From: Myxococcota bacterium | GTDB taxonomy: Bacteria > Myxococcota_A > UBA796 > UBA2385 | DNA: 64,000 nucleotides | Assembly (NCBI GenBank): GCA_044344255.1 | Contig: JBIJDH010000019.1 | Span: 64,001-128,000, forward strand | Reading direction: 5' to 3' | Shown: piece after piece, positions 36,232 to 43,916 of the stretch | How the letters are laid out: the number at the start of each line of letters is the position of its first letter | How positions within the stretch are numbered: the stretch's first letter is position 1 | Program-made: the position numbers and the translations under genes | Notes under the pieces: generated by a model | The model's database searches: none | What the model saw: only the letters and a program-made list of their open reading frames with translations | What the model was told of the DNA's origin: nothing

Positions 36232-37161
36232 TCAGCCCGTCACAGCCGCCCAGCCCCGCTCGAGCTCCGCAGGGTCGATCCCCCGCCCGATCACGACCAG
36301 CGCGCTCTCGAGCGGGGGCTCCATCGTACCGGGGCCGAGCTCGAGCCACTGATAGACGCCCTGCGCCACCACCGCCGTGCTGTGGCCAGGGCAGCGGAAG
36401 ATGCCCTTGAGGCGGAGCAGCTCCCAGCCGCGGCGGGAGGCGATGAACTGGAGGTACATCTTGAGCTTCGCGAGCTCGACCGGCCCGCCGCGGAGGCTCT
36501 TGGTCATCACGCCTGCGGAGTGTGTGACCACCTCGGGGATCTGCCAGCGCGCCGGGTCCGCGCCGCCGATTCGCAGGAGAGGCGCCACGTCGACCGCCGC
36601 CCGCTCCGAGCGGGAGAGGGTGGCGAGCGGAGAGACGGCCCGCACCGCGGCCTCGGCCCCCTCGATGTCGTCGGCCTGATCGACGTGGTTGAGCAGCACG
36701 CGGTCGGCGGTGGCGAGCTGGGCGGCCACCTCGGGGTGCTGGTCGAGCTGCGCCACCACCCGCCCGGCGTGGGCCACCGCCACCACCCCGTCCACCCGCG
36801 TCTGAGCGGCGAGGGTGGGGTCGAGCAGGAAGGTCTGCAAGAGCGGGCCGGGCGTCGCCAGGCCGGAGGTCTCGATCACCACCCGCTCGAAGCGCAGGGG
36901 CCTCCACCAACGGGAGCGTCTCTGTAACAAATCGAGGGCGGTGACCCGCAGGTCCTCCCGCACCTCGCAGCAGACGCAGCCGTTGCGGAGCTCGACCACG
37001 CGGTCCGAGGCGCCGACGACGAGCCGCCCGTCAATGCCGAGCGCGCCGAACTCGTTGACGATCACGGCGGTCGGCGGCGTCGCGGGGTCGCTCAGCAGCC
37101 GGTTGAGCAGGGTGGTCTTGCCGGCGCCGAGGAAGCCCGTGAGGAGCGTGACCGGGACCAT
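36232..37161 (-). CDS. CobW/COG0523 GTP-binding metallochaperone
   Basis: GFLGAGKTT, NEFG, NGCVCC, ETSGLA.P, RLKG. Confidence 0.9.
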   Translation of the reverse strand: MVPVTLLTGFLGAGKTTLLNRLLSDPATPPTAVIVNEFGALGIDGRLVVGASDRVVELRNGCVCCEVREDLRVTALDLLQRRSRWWRPLRFERVVIETSGLATPGPLLQTFLLDPTLAAQTRVDGVVAVAHAGRVVAQLDQHPEVAAQLATADRVLLNHVDQADDIEGAEAAVRAVSPLATLSRSERAAVDVAPLLRIGGADPARWQIPEVVTHSAGVMTKSLRGGPVELAKLKMYLQFIASRRGWELLRLKGIFRCPGHSTAVVAQGVYQWLELGPGTMEPPLESALVVIGRGIDPAELERGWAAVTG

Positions 37162-37691
37162 CAGTCCCCGAGGTAGCCGAGCGCCTTGAGCGCCTCGATC
37201 TCCGCAGGGTCCCCCGTCTTGGCGAGCTCGTCGATGGCCGCCTGGAAGGAGGGATCATCCGGGTACTTCTTCTTCCCGGCGTCGAGCACGCTCACCGCGC
37301 CAGGGCCGTCCCCGGCTGCGCGCAGCTTGTCGGCGAGGGCGCGGTACAGGGCGGGGTTGATCTGCGTCGGGTAGGCGCCGGTGAGCCGCTCGAGGCCGGC
37401 CACCACCTCCGCCCCCTTGCCGCCCTCGGCGAGGCCCTGGAGGCGCAGCGACTCGAAGCGCCAGGCCTTGGCCGGCTCCTTCGAGATGGCCTCGACCTTG
37501 AGGGCCTCATCGGCCTTGGCCACCGCGCCCGCGTAGTCCTTGGCCTGCAGCGCGGCCTCCACGTCCGCCTGCATCGCGGCGGCGTCGGGACCGCTCTCAC
37601 AGCCCGGGAGCGCGGCCAAAGAGAGGGCGAAGGCGAAGGCGAAGAAGAGGGCGCGTGGGCCGCGGAGGGCGCCCGCGAGGGAGGAGGGCAT
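37161..37691 (-). CDS. TPR-like lipoprotein with C-terminal LKALGY tail
   Basis: LPGC lipobox, helical repeats, ends IEALKALGYLGD; stop overlaps the CobW ATG. Confidence 0.7.
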   Translation of the reverse strand: MPSSLAGALRGPRALFFAFAFALSLAALPGCESGPDAAAMQADVEAALQAKDYAGAVAKADEALKVEAISKEPAKAWRFESLRLQGLAEGGKGAEVVAGLERLTGAYPTQINPALYRALADKLRAAGDGPGAVSVLDAGKKKYPDDPSFQAAIDELAKTGDPAEIEALKALGYLGD

Positions 37692-37817
37692 GAACGGGCT
37701 CCGAGGGGATGATCCAAAGGGACGAGCGGCAGGACGAGAGGCAGGACGAGCAGGCGCGCCTCACGGGTCTCTGCGAGGTAGCTCGTCTCCTGCCTGACGA
37801 CTATATGGCCGGCACGC

Positions 37818-40049
37818 ATGAGACCCTCGACCCCTCGCCCTTCGTCCCTCCTCCTGCGCTCAAACGTGCGGTTGGCTGTGCAGCTCTGCCTGTTCAGCCT
37901 GCTGCTCTGGCCCAGCGCGGCCTGGGCTTACATCGGCCCCGGCGCCGGCTTCGCCTTCGCAGGCTCCCTGGCCGTGATGCTGGCGGCCTTCGCCCTCGCG
38001 GTGGGCACGATCCTGCTCTGGCCGATCACCTTCGTGATCCGCACGATCCGGGTGGGCAACCCCTTCAAGCACGCCCTGGCGAAGCGGGTGATCATCATCG
38101 GCCTCGACGGGATGGACCCTGGCATCACCTCCCGCTTCATGGCCGAGGGGCGCCTGCCGAACCTGAAGAAGCTCGCCGATCAGGGGGTCTTCCGCCCGCT
38201 CAACACCTCGAACCCCTCGATGTCGCCGGTCGCCTGGTCGAGCTTCGCCACCGGCGTGGACCCCTCCCGCCACGGCATCTACGACTTCCTCACGCGTGAC
38301 CCCTGCACCTACGCGCCGATGCTGTCCTCCACCGACATCCAGAACGCCGAGAAGGTCTGGAACATCGGCAAGTACATCATCCCGCTCGGAAAGCCCAAGA
38401 TCAAGCTCCTCCAGAAGTCCCAGGCCTTCTGGAAGCTCCTCGGCGAGCGGCACATCCCCTCGATCATCCAGCGCGTGCCGATCACGTTTCCGCCGGTGCC
38501 CTTCCGCGGCCTGCTGCTGTCGGGCATGTGCGTGCCCGACCTGCGGGGGAGCCAGGGCACCTTCAGCTTCTTCTCCACGGCCAGCGCGGACGGCAAGGCC
38601 GCCTTCACCGGCGGGGAGCAGACCGTCCTCCGCCGGAAGGGCGACGTCATCCGCTCCCGCATCGTCGGCCCCGACAACGGCATGGTCAAGGACGGCGGGC
38701 GGATGACCCTGCCCTTCACGATCACGGTGTCCGAGGCCGCGGGTAAGGTCCACGTCGCGATCGACGGCGGCGAGGCCTTTGACCTCCCGCTCAAGGCCTA
38801 CTCCGCCTGGATCCACCTCACCTTCGAGGCCGGCCTCGGCGTGAAGGTGGCGGGTATCGCCCGCTTCTACCTGAACTCGATCTCGCCCGACGTCAACCTC
38901 TACATGACGCCGATCCACATCGACCCGGAGTCTCCGGCGATGCCGATCAGCCACCCTGAGGTCTACGCGGTCTACCTCGCCAAGAAGTTCGGCCCCTACG
39001 CCACCCTCGGCCTCGCCGAAGACACCTGGGCGCTGAACGAGCGGGTCATCGACGAGGGCGCGTTCTTTGACCAGGCGATGGCCTTCTGCGACGAGCGCGA
39101 GAAGATGCTCTTTGACGCCATCGAGCACACCCGCACGGGCCTCGTCACGACCGTCTTCGACACGACCGATCGTGTCCAGCACATGTTCTATCGGTACCTG
39201 GACCCCACCCACCCTGCGAACCGCGACAAGGAGGCCACCGCCTACGCCGACGCCATCCAGCGTGTCTACACACACATGGACGGCATCATCGGCAAGGTGG
39301 CCGAGAAGCTGGGCGACGACGCCGTGCTGATGGTGATGAGCGACCACGGCTTCACGAACTTCCGCCGCGGCGTGAACATCAACTCCTGGCTGCGCGACAA
39401 CGGCTACCTCTTCCTCAAGGACGGCAAGACCACCTCGGGCGAGTGGTTCGAGGACGTCGACTGGTCGCGCACCCGCGCCTTCTCGCTCGGGCTCACCGGG
39501 CTCTTCATCAACCGCAAGGGGCGCGAGCAGTCCGGCATCGTCGAGGAGGGGGAGGCCTACCGCGCCCTCTGTGACGAGCTCGCCGCCGGCCTCGAGGCGC
39601 TGATCGACCCCGAGACGGGCGGCCGCGCCATCCGCCACGTCGAGGCCGCTTACAAGTGCTTCGACGGGCCCTACCGCCTCGACTCCCCCGATCTGCTCAT
39701 CGGCTACGAGGGCGGCTACCGGCACTCCTGGGAGTGCGCGACCGGCTCCTGCACCCCCGAGGTCTTCCGGGACAACACCAAGAGCTGGTCGGGCGACCAC
39801 TGTGTCGATCCCTCGATCGTGCCCGGTGTCTTCTTCTGCAATCGTACGATCCTGGACGAGACGCCGCACATCATGGACATCCCCTTCTCCGTCCTGTCGC
39901 TCTTCGGCGCCAAGCCGCCCGGCTACATGCAGGGGAAGATGCTGTTCGCCAAGGCCGGCGAGCAGGCCGGCGTGCGGGGCCCCCTCGACCCCCGCACCCT
40001 CTCCCAGTCGGGCTCGGCGCCCGGCGCGCTCGTCTCGAAGGAGCGCTGA
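37818..40049 (+). CDS. Alkaline phosphatase superfamily / nucleotide pyrophosphatase-phosphodiesterase-like protein 1, with N-terminal AYIGPG motif and TM anchor
   Basis: IIGLDGMD, SPVAWSSFATG..P..HGIYDF, DRVQH, MSDHGF, WSGDH. Confidence 0.85.
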   Translation: MRPSTPRPSSLLLRSNVRLAVQLCLFSLLLWPSAAWAYIGPGAGFAFAGSLAVMLAAFALAVGTILLWPITFVIRTIRVGNPFKHALAKRVIIIGLDGMDPGITSRFMAEGRLPNLKKLADQGVFRPLNTSNPSMSPVAWSSFATGVDPSRHGIYDFLTRDPCTYAPMLSSTDIQNAEKVWNIGKYIIPLGKPKIKLLQKSQAFWKLLGERHIPSIIQRVPITFPPVPFRGLLLSGMCVPDLRGSQGTFSFFSTASADGKAAFTGGEQTVLRRKGDVIRSRIVGPDNGMVKDGGRMTLPFTITVSEAAGKVHVAIDGGEAFDLPLKAYSAWIHLTFEAGLGVKVAGIARFYLNSISPDVNLYMTPIHIDPESPAMPISHPEVYAVYLAKKFGPYATLGLAEDTWALNERVIDEGAFFDQAMAFCDEREKMLFDAIEHTRTGLVTTVFDTTDRVQHMFYRYLDPTHPANRDKEATAYADAIQRVYTHMDGIIGKVAEKLGDDAVLMVMSDHGFTNFRRGVNINSWLRDNGYLFLKDGKTTSGEWFEDVDWSRTRAFSLGLTGLFINRKGREQSGIVEEGEAYRALCDELAAGLEALIDPETGGRAIRHVEAAYKCFDGPYRLDSPDLLIGYEGGYRHSWECATGSCTPEVFRDNTKSWSGDHCVDPSIVPGVFFCNRTILDETPHIMDIPFSVLSLFGAKPPGYMQGKMLFAKAGEQAGVRGPLDPRTLSQSGSAPGALVSKER

Positions 40050-40050
40050 G

Positions 40051-42132
40051 ATGCGGCCCGGCGCCCCTCCGCACGCCCCCCGCTCGCCCTGGCGACGGGT
40101 CGGCCTCTCCGCCGCCGCCACGCTCGGCTTCGGCCTCGGCCTCCTGCCCGCCTGCGACACGCCCCCGCCCGCCGGGCCCGGCGTCTTCGTGCTCGGCGTG
40201 GACGGCATGGACCCCGTCATCCTCCGCCGCCTGATCGACGCCGGCCGGATGCCGAACCTCGCCAAGCTGGCGGCCAACGGGAGCTTCCAGGAGCTCGGCA
40301 CCTCGAACCCGCCCCAGAGCCCCGTCGCCTGGTCAAACTTCGTCACCGGCGAGGATCCAGGCGGGCACGGCATCTACGACTTCGTCCACCGCGACCCCAA
40401 GACCTACCTCCCCACCTCCTCGGCCACCCCGGCCCCCGGCGAGCCGCCCTCCTCCATCGACGTCTTCGGCTACTACCTGCCGATCGGCGGCGATGACGTG
40501 GTGAACAACCGCTCCGGCACCCCCTGGTGGGACTCCCTCCACGGCGCCGGGGTCGACGTCGAGGTCTACCGCATCCCCGGGAACTACCCGCCCACCCCCT
40601 CCGAGGCCCGCACCCTCTCCGGGATGGGCACCGTCGACATGCGCGGCGGCTACGGCATCTACTCCTGGTTCACCGATCAGGCGGTGACCTCGAAGGAGGC
40701 GCTCAAGGGGGACATCCAGCTCGTCACCGTCGAGGACTACGACCTCGACGGCAAGGGCGACACCGTGAAGGGCAAGCTCAAGGGGGCCCCCGACATCTTC
40801 CACCTGCCCCCCGGCCAGATCCCGACAGAGAGCGACTACCTCACCGCCGCCTTCACCGTGTCGATCGACCCCACCGAGGACGTCGCCTTCATCCGCTTCG
40901 GCTCCCCGGGCGACGGCGGCGCCGAGGCGCTGCTGCGCGAGGGCGAGTGGACCGACTGGATGAACGTCAGCTTTGACGCCCTGCCCGCCGGCGCCCTCCC
41001 CCTCGCCGGTGCGGTGCGCTTCTACGCCAAGGAGCTGCGCCCCGCCTTCAAGCTCTACGCCTCCCCGGTCAACATGTCGGCCGAGGAGCCGCCCCAGCCC
41101 ATCTCCACCCCCGACGAGTTCGCCCCCGACCTCGCCCTCGCGGTGGGCGGCGGCTTCTACACCCAGGGGATGCCCGAGGAGACCAACGCCCTCCGCGACG
41201 GCACCTTCACCGACGACGACTACGAGCGGCAGGTCCACCTCGTGATGGAGGACGCCGAGCGCATGCTCAGCGTGGCCCTCGACCGCTTCCAGCCGGGCGA
41301 CGCCACCTTCTTCTACCTCTCCGACATCGACCTCCAGTGCCACATGCTCTGGCGCCACGGCGACCCGAAGCAGCCCGGCGGCCTCGCCCACCCCGCCTAC
41401 GAGCCCGAGTCCGCCCAGGCCCACGCCGACGACATCGACGGCTACTACGAGAACGTCGACCGCCTCGTCGGCAAGATCGTGAGCGGGCTGCCCGCCGACT
41501 CCCTCCTCCTCGTGATGAGCGACCACGGCTTCCAGCCTTTCACCCGCAAGGTCCACCTGAACAGTTGGCTCCGGGACAACGGCTACCTGACCCTCAAGGA
41601 CGGCAAGCGGGAGGGCCACATCGCGCACGGTGACGTGGACTGGTCGAAGACCCGCGCCTACGCCCTCGGCTTCAACGCGATCTACCTGAACCTCCAGGGT
41701 CGCGAGCGGGACGGCATCGTCTCCCCCGCGGAGGCCGGCAAGACCATGGCCGAGCTCCAGGCCGCCCTCACCGCCTTCACCGACCCCAAGGACGGCGCCA
41801 AGGTGGTGCTCCGGGTGGACAGAGGCGCCGACATCTACCACGGCGCCCGTGTCTCCGAGTCACCTGACCTCGTCGTCGGCTACGACCGCGGCTACGGGCA
41901 CTCCGACGAGTCCACGCTCGGCGAGCTGCCCGAGGCCGAGCTCGAGGACAACACCTCGAAGTGGTCGGGCAACCACCTCATGGCCCCCGAGGTCGTGCCC
42001 GGCGTGCTCCTCTCGAGCCGCCCCCTGCAAGGCAGCGGCTACGACCTCACCGACGTCACCGCCACGCTCTACGCCTGGTACGGCCTCGCCCCGCACGCCG
42101 GGATGATCGGCCAGCCCATCCTGACCCCCTAA
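40051..42132 (+). CDS. Alkaline phosphatase superfamily / phosphodiesterase-like protein 2, lipoprotein
   Basis: LPAC lipobox; LGVDGMD, SPVAWSNFVTG..P..HGIYDF, DLQCH, MSDHGF, WSGNH; paralog of the upstream gene. Confidence 0.85.
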   Translation: MRPGAPPHAPRSPWRRVGLSAAATLGFGLGLLPACDTPPPAGPGVFVLGVDGMDPVILRRLIDAGRMPNLAKLAANGSFQELGTSNPPQSPVAWSNFVTGEDPGGHGIYDFVHRDPKTYLPTSSATPAPGEPPSSIDVFGYYLPIGGDDVVNNRSGTPWWDSLHGAGVDVEVYRIPGNYPPTPSEARTLSGMGTVDMRGGYGIYSWFTDQAVTSKEALKGDIQLVTVEDYDLDGKGDTVKGKLKGAPDIFHLPPGQIPTESDYLTAAFTVSIDPTEDVAFIRFGSPGDGGAEALLREGEWTDWMNVSFDALPAGALPLAGAVRFYAKELRPAFKLYASPVNMSAEEPPQPISTPDEFAPDLALAVGGGFYTQGMPEETNALRDGTFTDDDYERQVHLVMEDAERMLSVALDRFQPGDATFFYLSDIDLQCHMLWRHGDPKQPGGLAHPAYEPESAQAHADDIDGYYENVDRLVGKIVSGLPADSLLLVMSDHGFQPFTRKVHLNSWLRDNGYLTLKDGKREGHIAHGDVDWSKTRAYALGFNAIYLNLQGRERDGIVSPAEAGKTMAELQAALTAFTDPKDGAKVVLRVDRGADIYHGARVSESPDLVVGYDRGYGHSDESTLGELPEAELEDNTSKWSGNHLMAPEVVPGVLLSSRPLQGSGYDLTDVTATLYAWYGLAPHAGMIGQPILTP

Positions 42133-42167
42133 GCACCGCACCCCACGTACCGCCCTCAGGAGCCCCC

Positions 42168-42371
42168 ATGTTCGGCTTCGGCAAGAACGTCAGCGTCAAG
42201 ATCGACAAGGACCTCCACGCCCGCGTGGCCAAGGTGGCCGACGTGGCCGGCTACGCCACCGTGGAGGAGTTCATCCAGCACATCCTCGAGAAGGAGATGC
42301 TGCACTTCGAGGACACCAAGAACGACGCCGACATCCGCGCGAAGCTCAAGGGCCTCGGCTACATCTCCTAA
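42168..42371 (+). CDS. Small ribbon-helix-helix (CopG-like) protein with LKGLGY tail, 67 aa
   Basis: AGGAG RBS; VSVKIDKDLHARVAKVA..AGYATVEEFIQHILEKE; ends IRAKLKGLGYIS. Confidence 0.75.
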   Translation: MFGFGKNVSVKIDKDLHARVAKVADVAGYATVEEFIQHILEKEMLHFEDTKNDADIRAKLKGLGYIS

Positions 42372-42413
42372 GCCACCGCTCCGGCGCAGCGCACCACCGA
42401 TGGGCACCGTCCA

Positions 42414-43232
42414 GTGAACACGTTCAACCGAATCGCGAGCGCCATCTTCGACGTGCTGCTCGCGCCGCTGGGTCACACGCGGCCGTGGTTTGACCTGCTC
42501 CTCTGGCCGGTGCTGGCGGGCATCGTCGCCCTGCTCGTCTACAAGGCGATCAGCAACCAGGCGGGCATCACGCGGGCCAAGAACTTCATCCAGGTGCACC
42601 TCCTCGAGGTGGTGCTCTTCAAGGATGACCTTCGGGTCGTGCTCCCCGCGACGATGAAGGCCCTCGGCTACAACGTGCTGTACCTCGGCAACAACATCCT
42701 CCCGATGGTGGTGATGTTCGCGCCGATGACGGCGATCCTCGTCCAGCTCGTCTCGAACTACGGCTACGCCCCGCTGCCCGTCGGCGAGACCACGCTGCTG
42801 GTGGTCGAGCTCGACCGGGACAGCGCCGTGAAGCCGGCAGACGTCTCGCTCGTGCTCCCGCCGGGCGTCTCCCTCGACGCGCCCCCGGTGCGCACCGCCG
42901 ACGGCGAGGTCGCCTGGCGCCTCCGCCTCGACGCCCCGGGCGACCACGTGCTCCAGCTCCACGCCGGCGCCGAGACCGAGGAGAAGCTCCTCCAGGTGGG
43001 CGGCGAGGCGCGTAAGGTCTCCCCCCTACGCACGAAGTCGTGGGAGGCGCTGCTCTACCCAGCCGAGCCCGTCCCCGCCGCCGACTCCTTCGTCGCCAGC
43101 ATCCGCATCGACCGCCAAGACCAGGACCTCGGCCTCTTCCCCGCGGGAGAGAGCGGGATCCTGGGCTGGTTCTTCGGCTTCTCCCTCCTCGCCGGCCTCC
43201 TGCTCAAGGACCGCTTCGGCGTCACCCTCTAG
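42414..43232 (+). CDS. Membrane protein, DUF106/Oxa1-superfamily-like N-terminal half plus beta-rich domain
   Basis: TM1-YK..SNQ-helical hairpin-TM2 (P.....P), soluble domain, C-terminal TM; family call is tentative. Confidence 0.55.
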   Translation: MNTFNRIASAIFDVLLAPLGHTRPWFDLLLWPVLAGIVALLVYKAISNQAGITRAKNFIQVHLLEVVLFKDDLRVVLPATMKALGYNVLYLGNNILPMVVMFAPMTAILVQLVSNYGYAPLPVGETTLLVVELDRDSAVKPADVSLVLPPGVSLDAPPVRTADGEVAWRLRLDAPGDHVLQLHAGAETEEKLLQVGGEARKVSPLRTKSWEALLYPAEPVPAADSFVASIRIDRQDQDLGLFPAGESGILGWFFGFSLLAGLLLKDRFGVTL

Positions 43233-43239
43233 GGGTCCC

Positions 43240-43869
43240 ATGTCTGGCTTCCTCTCTTCTCTGTTCGGCGGCGGCAAGGCCAAGTACGGCGAGCCCCTCA
43301 TCATCGTCTCGGGGCTCCCCCGCTCGGGCACCTCGATGATGATGAAGATGCTGGAGGCGGGCGGTCTGCCGATCATGACCGACTCCATCCGCACCGCCGA
43401 CATCGACAACCCGAAGGGCTACTACGAGTACGAGCGGGTCAAGGACCTCGAGAAGGAGACGGACAAGTCCTACATCAAGGAGGGCCGAGGCAAGGTGCTC
43501 AAGGTCATCTCCTTCCTCTTGAAGGACCTGCCCGACGAGAACGCCTACAAGATCATCTTCATGCGGCGAGACCTCGGTGAGGTCATCGCGTCGCAGAACA
43601 AGATGATCAAGCACAGAGGCGAGAAGGACGACAGCGACGACAAGATGATGATCGACGCCTACATGAACCACCTCGCGGCGGTTCGGATCATGGTGCGCAA
43701 GCGGCCTAATTTCGAGATGGTGGAGATCCGCTACGACACCACCGTTCAGGATCCCAAGGAGGCCGCCCGCCAGGTCAACGTCTTCTTAGGCGGCAAGCTC
43801 AATGAGGCGGCGATGGGCCAGATGGTCGACGCCGACCTCTACCGCAACAAGAAGGGCGCCACCGTCTGA
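43240..43869 (+). CDS. PAPS-dependent sulfotransferase family protein
   Basis: IIVSGLPRSGTSMMM (5'-PSB loop), NPKGYYE, IFMRRD...VIAS (3'-PB motif). Confidence 0.85.
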   Translation: MSGFLSSLFGGGKAKYGEPLIIVSGLPRSGTSMMMKMLEAGGLPIMTDSIRTADIDNPKGYYEYERVKDLEKETDKSYIKEGRGKVLKVISFLLKDLPDENAYKIIFMRRDLGEVIASQNKMIKHRGEKDDSDDKMMIDAYMNHLAAVRIMVRKRPNFEMVEIRYDTTVQDPKEAARQVNVFLGGKLNEAAMGQMVDADLYRNKKGATV

Positions 43870-43916
43870 GGCGGCGGCGCGGCGCCTGAGGCGGCCGGTG
43901 CACCCGTAGCGGCCGC

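Noticed and set aside
37818..42132. Classical formylglycine sulfatases activated by the kinase's FGE domain
   Set aside because: Neither protein has a C/S-x-P-x-R motif; the FGE-like domain is 25 kb away and is a common kinase fusion
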